Assembly (NCBI RefSeq): GCF_006345805.1
Contig: NC_042997.1
Location: forward strand, 165,106,001 to 165,170,000
From: Octopus sinensis
Taxonomy: Eukaryota
Direction: 5' to 3'
DNA: 64,000 nt
A model generated the notes under the pieces. That model ran no database searches and was not told the origin of the DNA. It was given only the letters and a program-made list of their open reading frames with translations. The translations under genes were made by a program, and so were the position numbers. The stretch's first letter is position 1, and every line of letters starts with the position of its first letter. Shown one piece after another: positions 25,560 through 39,620 of the stretch.

Positions 25560-26360
25560 GAAATTTTGTGGGAGGGGTAGTCGATTACATCGACCCCAGT
25601 GTTCAACTGCTAGTTATTTCATCGACCACGAAAGGTAAAGTCAATCTCGGTGGAATTTGAACACAGACCATAATGACAAAATGCCGCTGAGCATTTTGTC
25701 CGGCGTGCTAACGGTTCTGCCACATCACCGCCTTTATTTCGCAAATATTAATAATGATCCTTTCTATTTAAGGCACAAGGTCGATTAAATAGACCCCAGT
25801 ACTCACTCTATCGACCTCGAAAGGATGAAATGTAAAGTCGACTCGGCAGAATTTGAGCTCAGAACGTAGCGACGGACACAACATCGCTAAGCATTTCGTT
25901 CAGCATGCTAACAATTCTGCCAGCTCGCTGCCTTGCAAATATTAATTAAAATAAAGCAGAATACCCGAAAATTTGGAGGAGTTTAATCGACTCCAGTATC
26001 TGACTTTTTTTTCATCAAGAAAGGAGGAGGGTTGGAAAGCAAAGCTGAACTTGGCAGGTTTTGAACACAGAGCGTAAAGAGCTGGAACATAAACCGCAAG
26101 TCATTTTGTCCGACGCTCTAACGTTTCTGCCAATCAATCTTATTTGATAAACCTCACTAATATTGGCATAAGGTCAGGAATTTTTAGAGGGAAGGGTAAG
26201 TTCATTACTGTGCTCAGCTGGTACACATTTTATCGACTCACCCACCAAAAGGTATAAAAGGCAGAACCGACCTCGGCGACATTTGAACTTAGAACATAAA
26301 GAAAATGCCGTAATCATTTTGTCTGGCACGGTAACTATTCTGTTAGCTCTCCGCCTTTCT
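25560..26360 (-). mobile_element. Cluster of four degraded SINE-A-type copies
   Basis: Repeated GAATTTGAAC.CAGA...GCTAAC..TTCTGCCA modules. Confidence 0.7.
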
Positions 26361-27499
26361 CCTTTAATAAGAATTGCTTCTAATGTTAGCACGGGGGTCT
26401 GAAATTTTGGAAGGAAAAGGTTAGACGATTGCCTCGACCTCGGTATTTGACTGGTACTTTATTTTAAGTGGATACATTGTATAATGTTATTGAGGGTTCC
26501 TTGCACATAGGCAAAAAGATGGGCTTTTTACTCTTTACTCTCTTTACTTGTTTCAGTCCCCGTCACTTAGCGGTTCGGCAAAAGAGACCGATAGAATAAG
26601 TACTGGGCTTACAAAGAATAAGTCCCGGGGTCGATTTGCTCGACAAAAGGCGTTGCTCCAGCATGGCCGCAGTCAAATGACTGAAACAAGTAAAAGAGAA
26701 GGAGAAAGAGAGAGACATACAGACGTACACCTCCAAAGCACAGCCGCAGTACACAAACGCATTATTTACAAAGTAAAGAAAAGAAATAAGCGCATAACAA
26801 ACAACGGTGCACACACAGACACACATATACACACACGCAAACTGCTTACATCCCAAACACTACACACGCGCGCTCAAACACAAACGCCCTGTCACATATT
26901 TCATATTTTGCTGTCACATCGTTCACTACTTACGAACAACACCACACCATCACACCACAATACGCCCGCCACACCGCGCTCAAAACCCTTCACAAACCAT
27001 TGCAGAACACAACCCCCAACACACACATATACACACACACACACACACGCACACGCACACACACACACACACACACACTCATATCACTCAAAATAGAATT
27101 TCAGTGGTTCCCTTCATCCCTCTCTCTTCCACTCTCATTTTATATATATCTCTCTCACACACATTCTTTCTCTATCACTCTCTCTCTCTCTCTCTCCCTC
27201 TCGTTGTCTATCTATCAATCTCTCCCTTTCTCTTACTCTCTGCCTTTTCCCATATGTATTACATCTTTATATTTCAAGCTCAATTCAACTCTCTGTTTCT
27301 CCACGTATCAAACACAGCCTTCCATAATTTCTTGATCCATCATCCGACATCATCAAAAGCGCCATCTCTGTCAATGTTTTATTAACATATCTTTGTTGTT
27401 GTAACCAAGTACAGAGGTTTGTAGGGAAAGACGTTTCTTGGGAAAGAAAGTCGATTTTTAGTGCAAGCTATCAATGATTCCAAAGACATACGCTAATGG

Positions 27500-27750
27500 A
27501 ATTAAAGCCATACCATTAACAAAATACAAAAGAAAGAATTATGTATGTATTTATGCATGTATATATATCTGTATATTATATATATATATAAGTATATATA
27601 TATATATGTATGTATAAAATATATATATATATGTATGTATATATGTATGTGTGTCTGTATACATCTATATATATATATGCATGTGTGTGTATATATATAT
27701 ATTATATATATGTGTGTGCGTGTGTGTGTGTCTATATATATATGTATATA

Positions 27751-27783
<33 letters not shown>

Positions 27784-27935
27784 ATATATATATATATGTA
27801 TATATGTGTGTGTATGTATATATGTACATACATGGACACACACAAACACAAGCATATACACACAAGGATATATGTATATCCCTCTTTCTCTCTATATATA
27901 TATTTAGGTAGAGTGTATATGTGTGTGTATTATAT

Positions 27936-27966
<31 letters not shown>

Positions 27967-28160
27967 TATATATAGATAGATGAAGATAGATAGATAGATA
28001 GATAGATAAGAGATAGGCAGACAGAGAATCAGACAGACAGACAGACAAATAGATAGAGAGAGGGAGGGAGAGAGAGATGTAATTGCATACATACATACAT
28101 ACATACATACATACATACAAGCATGCCTGCATACGTACATACATATTTCATGTACATATG
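27500..28160. repeat. (TA)n/(TG)n/(AGAT)n/(CATA)n compound microsatellite
   Basis: Direct inspection. Confidence 0.9.
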
Positions 28161-28259
28161 CATGTAGGAGAGAGAAAATTAACAGAAAATAGATCAAATA
28201 AAGTAAATCTTGTGTGAAATTTACCAAATTATATCCACTTTAAGATATTTTAAATATTT

Positions 28260-28359
28260 NNNNNNNNNNNNNNNNNNNNNNNNNNNNNNNNNNNNNNNNN
28301 NNNNNNNNNNNNNNNNNNNNNNNNNNNNNNNNNNNNNNNNNNNNNNNNNNNNNNNNNNN
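28260..28359. other. Assembly gap (100 N)
   Basis: Run of 100 n. Confidence 1.
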
Positions 28360-29088
28360 TCTCTTAAGGATCGTATGGATTGCTAGAGATAACATCAAAT
28401 TTTACCTCAAATAGCACCCTGACAGCTTAAAAATTGAAGGACAAAGATACTGTTATCCAGTCAAGATGTCTGTTAAAAGACAAGACTGTTGGATTGCGGT
28501 TCATTATAGCAGTCTTGGATGAGAGTTAGGCTTGGCGCTAAGGATCTACAACAACCCTCTTGGAGTGTCTGCGAAGGTCATGGGTAAAGCACCTTCATTA
28601 TTCCAGCGGTTCTCAGCCGTTTTGGATCACACAACCCTTTTTGATGTATAAAAAATCATCACCGTGCCTCAAGTGAAATAGTTTTTTTTTCCCCTCCCAA
28701 ACCTTAACTGTAGATCTGGAAGTGACCGTCGCAAATTTTTGATAACATTGCCAAGGGGAATACTGCTTTAGATAAATATTTCTAAGTTTGGTGGTGGGGG
28801 GAGATCGAGACAAACATAGACACAAAGACACGTAAACATAGATATATATACAACGAGATTCTTTCAATTTCCATCTACTCAATGAGACTTGGGACTGGAC
28901 CCGGAACTATGTAGTTGAGAAACAAACTTTTTACCAAACAGTCACGAATGCATATATGTATATATACATAAATTCATTTTCCCTCCCACTTTTCACTCCC
29001 CCTCTCTCTCTCCCCCTCTCTCTCTCCCTCTCTCTCTCTTTCTCTGTCTTTCTCTCTCTTTCTCTGTCTTTCTCTCTCACACACACAT

Positions 29089-29133
<45 letters not shown>

Positions 29134-29311
29134 TACTACAACAACAAGCAAAGACGGAAGCCTCTACATTATCTTTCATCTTGCTAGAATTAATAGCCTA
29201 ATCCCCTTCACATCACACCTATCCTACCTTAAATCAACGGAAATACACATAAGACAATTCAGTTACAGACATACGAGCAGAATATAGGTTTGTGACTGAA
29301 CAGCAAGCAGA

Positions 29312-29343
<32 letters not shown>

Positions 29344-30093
29344 CACCACCATCACCACCACCATCACCACCACCATCACCCCCCACCCCACCACCACCAT
29401 TCATGGTATCTCTCGCTATCGAGGTTTTGATCCCACTAAATTTATCTACCTTATTCCTACGTACAAAGGAAGCCCCGATTTCAAAGACTTACTCCCTTTT
29501 TGACTCAAAAAGTTTTATTAAAAGACATGAAAACAAGGTCTCGGTACTTCCATACTTTACCAAGTTATTTTGTTAATAGATGAATGACATCCAGATTTTG
29601 TAATTATCACTAATTATCTTCATTTTTATTTTTTATTTTTATACAACATGAAGACCCAGCAAGTTTAACATAGATACCGCAATTTCCGGTACACAAGTCG
29701 ACGTAGTATATAAGTCGAGGTAATTTTTTATTAATAATAAAAATAATAAAACCACTGATGATCACCGTTGTGGTAGGAATATGTATATATATATATATAT
29801 TTTATATATTTTTATATACCTATATATTTTTATATATTACTTTATATTATATTTTTACTTTCTAGGTTTTCTTTAAGGAGATGTATTTTTCTGAATCGCT
29901 AGAGTATTGACTCTAAACTGCGATGGAAAATTTTTTTTCTCGCACCTTATTATTATTATATGCTTGTATGCTTGTACAGATGAATTATGTTCCATCTTGC
30001 GGGATGTTTATATGTATATTCTATGGTTAAATGTTCGAATTATGAAATGATATGCGGATGACCTTGCCTTTGTTTGTTCAATAACTTTAGTTT

Positions 30094-30151
<58 letters not shown>

Positions 30152-30552
30152 TATAGGCGCAGGAGTGGCTGTGTGGTAAATAGCTTTCTTACCAACCACA
30201 TGGTCCCGGGTTCAGTCTCACTGCGTGGCACCTTGGGCAAGTGTCTTCTACTATAGCTTCGGGCCGACCAAAGCCTTGTGAGTGGATTTGGTAGACGGAA
30301 ACTGGAAGAAGCCCGTCGTATATGCATATATATGTATGTGTGCGTATATGTTTGTGTGTCTGTTTGTCCCACACAACATCGCTTGACAACCGACTTTGGT
30401 GTGTTTACGTCCCCGTAACTTAGCGGTTCGGTAAAAGATACCGATAGAATAAGTGCTAAGCTTACAAAGAATAAGTCCTGGGGTCGACTAAAGGCGTTGC
30501 TCCAGCATGGCCGCAGTCAAATGACTGAAACAAGTAAAAGAGTAAAAGAGAG
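30152..30552 (+). mobile_element. SINE-B copy
   Basis: Full head GGCGCAGGAGTGGCTGTGTGGTAA through the GTAAAAGA tail. Confidence 0.85.
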
Positions 30553-31550
30553 TATATATATATTATATAAGCATACATACGTACGTACGTAAGTACATAC
30601 ATGCATACAGACATATGTATACATATATGAATGTTTTTATGTATATAAGTATATATACATAGACATATATATATATACATATATATGTTTGTGTGTGCGT
30701 GTGTGTAAGTATGTATGTATGTATGTATGTATGCATGTATGTATGTACATATGTATATATCAATGAGTGTGTGTCTTTGTGGCTGTGTTTGTCGACCCGT
30801 CACCATTTGACAACCGTTGTCGGTGTGCTTAGGCCCCAGAAACTGTTCCTCAAAAGAAAAAACGATAGAATAAGTACTAAGCTTTAAAAAATAAGTCTAA
30901 AATAGTGCTCCAGCATGGTCGCAGTCATATGACTGAAACAAGTAAGAGAATAAAAGAAAGAATACATTTAAGGTATGTGTTATAATACTATATATATATA
31001 TATAAAAAGAAAGCAAAAAATGGAACAAGAACGTAACAGACGACAACAAAACAGGCGGGCAGTTAGACGATACAAAAAAGGACATGAAAAAACAAGGACG
31101 GGTCATTCGGAGCTTCCTATCCTCAGTCGAGTTCCAGATCGTCTTCGCAGTTCCGAGCGGTTACACTCGTGACTGCTCCAATCTGACTGACCCCAAGAAA
31201 ATCTAAGCTAAGAGCACTAGACTCCTTGGAAGAAAGCAAGCGAATGTATACGAAAACAAAGATGAAAAAAAACCCAGAGCAATGGTACACAATTACAAAT
31301 ACAAATAACAGGACATTAACAATAGGCTACGGCATGAACATAAGAGATGAAAGTCATGGGAAGGAATATAAAAGATGCTACACGGATGATATTCTAACCA
31401 AGAAAGAAATGTCAGGCTTGGCGGAACACTGGTCACGTGGAAGGAGAGGAGAGAGGTAGGGGCAGAGGGATTGAAGAATTAGGGAGGGAAGAGAAAGAAA
31501 GAAAAAGAAACGAAAGGGACAGAATGAGGTAAAAGAGGAGGGACGTGAGA

Positions 31551-31554
<4 letters not shown>

Positions 31555-31583
<29 letters not shown>

Positions 31584-31632
31584 TGTATGTATGCATGCAT
31601 GCATGCATGCATGCATGCATGCATGCATGCAT

Positions 31633-31691
<59 letters not shown>

Positions 31692-31770
31692 TGCACGCAT
31701 GCATGCATGCATGTATGTATGCATGTATGTATGTATGTATGTATGTATGTATGTATGTATGTATGTATGT
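31555..31770. repeat. Mirror-graded tetranucleotide microsatellite TATG-CATG-CACG-CATG-TATG
   Basis: Direct inspection. Confidence 0.95.
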
Positions 31771-31774
31771 GTAA

Positions 31775-31965
31775 AGGGGAGAATTCACAAAAAGACAAAA
31801 GACGAAGACAGGTGGTGTAGACAACAAACAGATGTATTAGTATAACGCTCGGGAAGTGAAAAAGTCTTTAACGTTTCGAGCCTACGCTCTTCCACAGAAA
31901 GGAACACAGAAAGAAACAAGGAGAGAAAATAAAGAATGTGCTGTGGCTAGCAATCTTTCATGGTG
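31775..31965 (-). mobile_element. Penelope-like terminal repeat fragment with a minimal hammerhead-like motif
   Basis: Minus strand CTTT-CTGTGGA-A-GAGC-GTAG-GCTC-GAAACGT-T-AAAG at 31867-31901. The PLE assignment rests on recalled family architecture. Confidence 0.45.
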
Positions 31966-32822
31966 AAGGAATACGTATGTATGTATGCATGCATGTATGT
32001 ATGTATGTATGTATGTATGTATGTATGTATGTATTTGAAGTCATTGAAATAATATTTCGTTGTTATTTTACCTTAAAATAAAGTCTCTTGAGTAGCATTA
32101 TGCTATGTTGTTACATCATACTTATAGCGAACAATTGTAATACTAGTGTCTATCCAACCTACCTTAGTACTTGGACTATCAATTCGACTGGAACGCTAGC
32201 GGGGTGAACCAGCCAGAATAGTATCTCGTGTATTGGTGACATCTTTATACATAAGTGATAAGTCTATGAGTCAATAACATTTCTGTGTCAGTGACATCGC
32301 TCTATGTCACTTCCACCTTTACGTGTTAGTGATATCTCTATAATAATCTATGAGTCAATGCTATCTCTATGTGTTAGTTCCATTTCTATGGTTCAATGAC
32401 ACGTCCACGGTTCAATGACATCTCTATGTTCTTGATACTGCAAAGACACTTTCGAACATAGATTTACGAAAAAGCGAATGCTTTATATCGATTTCTTACA
32501 ACATCGAAAGCCGACGGATTTGCAAAGCAAAGGTATAGCCGATTAAATCGACCCCCAGCAAGTGCCTGGTGTTTATTTTATTGACCCCTAGATATAATCA
32601 GCAAAATTGATCTTGATAAGATTTATATTCGGAACGAAGAGATGAAAGTAAAAATTCTAAGGCGTTATATAAAGTAAACTGTAAGATCTGATGAAGTTAA
32701 TGATTATTCACACCAGTTTTGAGTATAAATAGTGTTCAAAAGTTTGTCGAAAAGAAAATGCAAAATTTAGAGTTTCTGGCGAGAACATTACAGCATACTG
32801 TAATATAGTGTAATGTTGTATA

Positions 32823-32892
<70 letters not shown>

Positions 32893-33036
32893 TGTAGTCT
32901 GTCCATAGCACTTACTCAGCACTACCTGACACCATTGGGTCTTCTTGACTCCATTACCTCTCATAACCTACACACACGCGCACGCACGCACGCACGCGCG
33001 CACACACACACACACACACATACACACACACACACA

Positions 33037-33067
<31 letters not shown>

Positions 33068-33114
33068 CACCACCACACACCACACCACACACACACACAC
33101 ACACACACAACACC

Positions 33115-33157
<43 letters not shown>

Positions 33158-33340
33158 TCTACGTTAATGAAGAAACATTGAAGAAGGAGGAAAATTCTGC
33201 AAATAATAATTATTATTATTATAAGATTCGGTACCTTGGGCGAGTGGGCGTGGCACCTTGGGCGAGTGTCTATAGCCTCCGGTCGACCAAAACCTTGTGA
33301 GTGGATTTGGTGCACGGAAACTGAAAGAAGCCCATCGTAA

Positions 33341-33387
<47 letters not shown>

Positions 33388-34078
33388 GTGTGTGTGTGTG
33401 GTGTGTGTGTGTGTGTGTATTGACGCCCCTGTAACTTAGCAATTCGACAAAAGAGAGTGATAGAGTAAGCACTAGGCTTACAAAGAATAAATTCTGGGGA
33501 TCGATTAGTTCGACTAAAGGCGGTACTCCAGTTTGGCCCCAGTCAAAATGACTGAAACAAGTAAAAGAGATAAGCGTTTACTGTGTACTGGCTAAAGAAA
33601 ATAGTCCAATATTGGGGGAGGTAAGCCCTTGACGAAAAAAAGTGGGTATTAGTAAGAGTGGGAATCGAATCCATAACTCTTAAGAGGTGAACGCTTATAA
33701 TCTTAGAGCTTATTATTATTATTAAGGCGGCGCACCGGGCAAAAATGCATAGCTGCATTCCGTTCTGAGTTCGAATCCCGCCAAAGTCGACTTTGCTTTT
33801 CATCCTTTCGTGGTCAATAAATTAAGTACCAATGAAACACTGGCGTCGATGTAATTGATTAGTCCCCTCCTCCAAAATCTCAGGCCTTGTGTCTTTAGTA
33901 GAAAGGATTATTATTATGATTATTTAGGTGTAACTTAGCGGGTCGACAAGAGAGAGCAATAGAATAAGTACTAGGCTTACAAATAAGTCCTGGGGTCCAT
34001 TAGTTCGACTGAAGGTGGTGCTCCAGCATGACCACAGTCAAGTGACTGAAACAATTAAAACGGAGTAAAAAAAGGGTG

Positions 34079-35010
34079 CTGAATGACCCGGCGTTGCTCG
34101 GGTTTCTACTGTTCTTATTCAGATTAGTAAACTATAAATGTAAAGATATATACTCATAATTATTTCAAAATATCTATATCTTTTTTTTAAATATCCAAAT
34201 TGTAATGATAATAGAATTTCGACTTGAAAGCCTTTCAATCTTGAAGCACCTCAAAGTAAACAATATTTAGTGTGTAATTTTTTGTTGGTATCGAAATGAG
34301 TAAATTGTTGCTGCTTCCAACTCGCGAGCAAGTAACATAAAGTTGGCCGTGAGAGAAGCATGTAGAGAGATCAAGTCCAACTACCTTGAGAGATTGACCC
34401 TGAGATTTGTTAATTGAAATACCAAAACTTAGTTTGACTGGAACCTGAAGTGCCTCAAATTTAAATAGAGCATTTGTTGGTATGAGAGGTATTTTTAGAA
34501 TAAAAACATTTTCTCCTTGGTGACTACCCGTTTTGATTGTTGCCTCTAGGACATGCAGAACATCTTGGAGATGAACATAATTTTTAGCCCATAACTTTTT
34601 TTTATTGTTACAAATGTAGAGGAGACGCTCACTGTCAACTTTTGCATGCATATCAACCAGGTGTTGTTGAAATAGTTCACGATACATATGTAATTGATTT
34701 GATTGTTCTGGTCTTATCATCAGTTGGTAAGAATAGAAGTCATTTGACGACACCTTTTTGTTTGTAATTGGCTCTCCTGTTGCAGGTTCAATCTGTGGAA
34801 TATTGATATGATAACCTTGTTCATTCCTCAAAATAAGAAGATATTGATGAGCGTCATAAGAGGGATGAGTTTCTAAAACACGTTTGAGGTTGTTATTTCG
34901 AGCACGAATGAGAATATGACGATTTTCATAAGGATCACGTACCGTAAAAATGACTACTTCATTAGATGTGGGCTCATTAAAACGACGTAAAATGTCCTTT
35001 ACTATAGATT
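34079..35010 (-). mobile_element. Internally deleted Helitron (RepHel remnant plus 3' hairpin)
   Basis: Stop-free frame from about 35008 to 34235: RRFNEPTSNEV...SYDAHQYLL, FYSYQLMIR...LFQQHLVDMHAKVDSERL, joined to the PIF1 C-terminus (INKSQGQSLKVVGLDL...FSHGQLYVTCSRV). 3' hairpin CCCGAGCAACGCCGGG at 34087-34102; the terminal TAG is missing. Confidence 0.9.
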
Positions 35011-35769
35011 ACTATAGATGTAACGAAGGCGGAAACACACTCACACTCACAGACTCATACACACTCATACACATATGGATGTGTAGATTTGCGTGTGTTT
35101 AATTGTCTGAGGCCTAACGTATAAAAAATTTTCACACACACACTCGCACACACGTAGATTCTGACATGCCCTCACATACATATACTAAGACAGACACATA
35201 CAGACATACATTCACGCACACTTCAGGCCTATCTCCGTCCCTCAGCGTGTCTCTCCCTGTCTTTAGATGTGTGTATATGTGTTTATATGTTCTATGTGTG
35301 TGCCAGTTGTCACAAAAATGTATGTATGCTGACATACACATACACCCTCACATACACTCACACATATATACTTCTCAGTCATTGGCCTATCGTATGTAAC
35401 GAACGCGCAAACACACACACACACTCACAGACACATACACACTCATACAGAAAATGTAACGTCGTCGTCATCGTAGTATGAAATGTCGTTTACGATAGTT
35501 GATTTATAGAAAGACTATTATGTTAAATTTTTGTAATGCAAATATATAAATGAAAATAAAGTTTATTTGGTAGCCGAATGATTACTGAATCTTTTGATAC
35601 CCCATACGTCAAAATCGGCAACTAAATCTTCGAATGCATAAGGAACATATGCACTCATGCACGTACGCGCGCGCTCACACACACAGCACACACACATACA
35701 CACACACGCACACACACACGCACGCACACACACAAAAACTCTGTTTTATATATATGCGTATATAGATAG

Positions 35770-35962
<193 letters not shown>

Positions 35963-37199
35963 CGCACACACAAAGATTGCCAGCAACATATTGAATAAAC
36001 TGAATGTAGTTACTGTTTGCAGTAAAATTATGGACACAGGGCCTTTCCAGGACGACAAAAGTCAACAATTGTCTTACTTGAAACGACTCTACCACCTAGG
36101 CACCAACGACAGCTCAACGGAGGACGTAACCATGCGGATGACCAGAGAATTGCAGCTTTACCTACCTATTCTACACCTATATCTTTACGAGCAAAGAAAC
36201 TACAGAAATATTTTATTGTGACAGTCGTGCGTAGTATCTCGACTGTCTTAATGAAAGCTCCGATGTCTATTTGTGATGACAAAAAGCTCGAGTTTTGCTT
36301 CCAGCCTGAAAAAAAAAATTATATATAGGGAATGTAAACACTACTTGCAGATGAAATGTTTATAATGACAAACGTTTGTACAAAATCTTTGACGTTTAGA
36401 TGTTCGAATTCTTTAAATAGCGAGAGAGAGAAAAAAGGCATAACGTTTCAAATACTGCAGATTTCAAGTGAGAGTATTCTTATCTGAGCATTTACAATGC
36501 ATTGTTGTGTGCGCGCGTGTGTGTGTGTGAGAAAAATTGAAATGACAAACAAATAAACATGGAAAGTGTTTCAGCCATGAAGACCAGACTCAGCATAGTT
36601 TCGACGCGTTTAAAGTCCAAAAACTTTAAATTCTATGGTACTACACCTCTAGGTGCGCCAGCAATATAGGAATATATATATATATATATATATATAGTCT
36701 TTTCTATTCTAGGCAAGAGACTCGAAATTTTGGGGGTTGGTGTGGGGGGGGGGGGCAGTCGATTAGATCAACCTCAGTACACAACTGGTACTTGATTTAT
36801 CAATCCCGAAAGGATGAAAGGCAAAGTCGACCTCGGTGGAATTTGAACTCAGAACATAAAGACAGACGAAATACTGCTAAGTATTTCGCCCGGCGTGCTA
36901 ACGTTTCTGCCAGTTCACCGTCTTAATATAAATAGATAGTATATAATATAAATAAATACTGTAATATCCGGCATGTGTGAACTGGAGAGAGAGAGATCTG
37001 CACTGGAAATCGACTGGTACACCATTTCAGTTAACTAGGCTGGAGTGACGGAAAGTAAAGTACCTTACTCAAGGATACAACTCCCTGTCCGGTCTAGATA
37101 TCGAATCTACAAACTAATGATCGTGAGTTCAATACCCTAACCATCTTGTCACGTGCCTTCGTACATATATACGCATATGTCTTGTTATTGAGTACATAC

Positions 37200-37522
37200 A
37201 TATATGCATTCATACATACATACATACATACATACATACATACATACATACATACGTACATACATACATACATACATACATACATACATACATACATACA
37301 TACATAATCAAGATAATGACTTCTGAATTTAATTTTTTACTTAAATTAAACAGTGAATCGTAGCAGAAGCTCCGACCCACAAATTTGTTGGGAAGAAGAA
37401 GAAGAAGAAGAAGAAGAAGAAGAAGACAATGATTATGATGATGACGTTCATGACGATCATGATCATGAGGATTATAAAGAAGAGGAGAAGGGGAGGTGGA
37501 AAAGATGACAATCACGATGATA

Positions 37523-37553
<31 letters not shown>

Positions 37554-37690
37554 CGACGACGATGACGTCACCACTATCACTATCGAGAGAACCGCCATCA
37601 ATAGCACCACCGCCACCACCATCTACACTACCACCATCAATACCACTACCAACACCACTACCACTATCAGCGGCAACAACAACGACTAAC
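37200..37690. repeat. (CATA)n, (GAA)n, (GAT)n, (CAC)n microsatellite cluster
   Basis: Direct inspection. Confidence 0.9.
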
Positions 37691-38330
37691 ATACCACTGG
37701 AATTATCTGATCATGGTGTCGTTATATTATGTAGACGATTTCACATTTCGGATTACAGAGCCAGAAAAGTCCTTCAATCCTTAACTATTGTTAATCCAAT
37801 ACTAAGCTTATTTGTTAAATCAACCAACACTGAATATTACTTTCAACATCTGGGATTGTGTTCACTGCCACACACATTCTGGATAGCAATCCATCGATCA
37901 GATTGACTGGGAAAAAAATATTTTCTCAGGGACGCCTGTTGCATGAGAGGTTATTTATGAAGTGCTTCTTTATTAACAACCAAGATTTAGCAGAGTCGTT
38001 AGCGGGTTGGAGAGAATGCCTCACAATATTGTTCCGGCTCTGTATATTCTGAGTTCAAATTCCACCGATGGTTAACTTTGTCCTTCATCTTTTCAGAATG
38101 AATAAATAAAGCACCAATGTATTCGTCTTTTCTCCCCGTCCTCTCTCTTTCTCTTCCCTCTCTCACTCTCTCCTCTCCTTACCCTTCTATCTTCTTTCCC
38201 TCTCTCCCTTCCCTTCTCTCTTATTCTCCCCTCTCCGTCTCTTTCTTGCTTTCTCTCGGGAATAAATCGACCATGTTCAAACCTAGATAGAGAGAGACTA
38301 AGGTTTAAAAAATGTCCAAGTTGCAGCGTA

Positions 38331-38546
38331 CGAGGAGGCACTGAAAAGTTATTGACTTTGAGTAAAAGAAAATACAGGAGGATCAGTTAATTATGATTTT
38401 ATTCAACATATTCATCTCCCGTATTTACGCACATTGCAACGACCCTTCAGTTTTTCTAATCCCTATAAAAGAACTCGAAAGGTAGGGCCTCCAACAAGGC
38501 CTTTCGCGATTACCCTTAAAGTCAGGAATTTTTCAGCACTCCTTCG
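38331..38546. mobile_element. Mariner-type MITE (216 bp)
   Basis: Imperfect TIRs TACGAGGAGGCACTGAAAAGTTATTGACTTT versus TACGAAGGAGTGCTGAAAAATTCCTGACTTT (23/31 matches counting the flanking TA), with TA on both sides. Confidence 0.7.
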
Positions 38547-38591
38547 TATTTCACGACAGCGTCCCTACGACTCCATCAGGAGTTACGTACC

Positions 38592-39009
38592 TATTTCTTT
38601 ACTACCCACAAGGGGCTAAACACAGAGAGGACAAACAAGGACAGACAAACGGATTAAGTCGATTATATCGACCCCAGTGCGTAACTAGTACTTATTTAAT
38701 CGACCCCGAAAGGATGAAAGGCAAAGTCGACCTCGGCTGAATTTGAACTCAGAACGTAGCGGCAGATAAAATACCTATTTCTTTACTACCCACAAGGGGT
38801 TAAACACAGAGAGGACAAACAAGGACAGACACACGGATTAAGTCGATTATATCGACCCCAGTGCGTAACTGGTACTTATTTAATCGACCCCGAAAGGATG
38901 AAAGGCAAAGTCGACCTCGGCTGAATTTGAACTCAGAACGTAGCGGCAGACGAAATACCGCTAAGCATCTCGCCCGGCGTGCTAACGTTTCTGCCAGCTC
39001 GCCGCCTTT
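38592..39009 (-). mobile_element. SINE-A head-body-body dimer with a perfect 16-bp TSD
   Basis: TCAGGAGTTACGTACC at 38576-38591 and 39010-39025. Internal junction AAATACC|TATTTCTTT at about 38770-38780. Confidence 0.92.
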
Positions 39010-39395
39010 TCAGGAGTTACGTACCCTTGCCTTCTTCACTACCTATTGCTATCAAGTTTATTTATTAAGTATTTAAACTATCTTCCAACAACGGTCTTCA
39101 ATAATTTTTGCCTATAGAGTTGTATTTGGTTTTTCTTCTTCTTTTTTTACTGCTTGTTTATAAAAGTCGCTGTAACCCTGTAAACACTTCTATATGAATT
39201 ATATTGGTTTCTTTGTTTGTCACCTTTCTTTCACTCTCACTGAGTTACTTCCTGCTCAGAGGCTGCACCAACCGCTTTAAAGAACAAATTTTGGATATGA
39301 TGCTTAAGAGACTTACGAAGAATCTTAAGATAGAGCTTTTTGTATCATGCTTCATCTAACTAGAAATAACATCCATATCTCCCTCATACCACACT

Positions 39396-39620
39396 GAGCT
39401 GGCAGAAACGTTAGCACGCCGGGCGAAATGCGTAGCCGTATTTCGTCTGCCGTTACGTTCTGAGTTCAAATTCCGCCGAGGTCGACTTTGCCTTTCATCC
39501 TTTCGGGGTCGATTAAATAAGTACCAGTTACGCACTGGGGTCAATATAATCGACTTAATCCGTTTGTCTGTCCTTGCTTGTCCTTTCTGTGTTTAGCCCC
39601 TTGTGGGTAGTAAAGAAATA
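39396..39620 (+). mobile_element. SINE-A monomer
   Basis: Near-consensus head, body and tail ending GTAGTAAAGAAATA. Confidence 0.9.

Noticed and set aside
28604-28925. hAT-like MITE start CAGCGGTTCTCAGCC
   Set aside because: The right TIR is too degenerate and no TSD was found.
30990-31460. Possible Penelope-like 5' fragment and 77-aa ORF
   Set aside because: Resemblance is from memory only; no RT or GIY-YIG motif is present.
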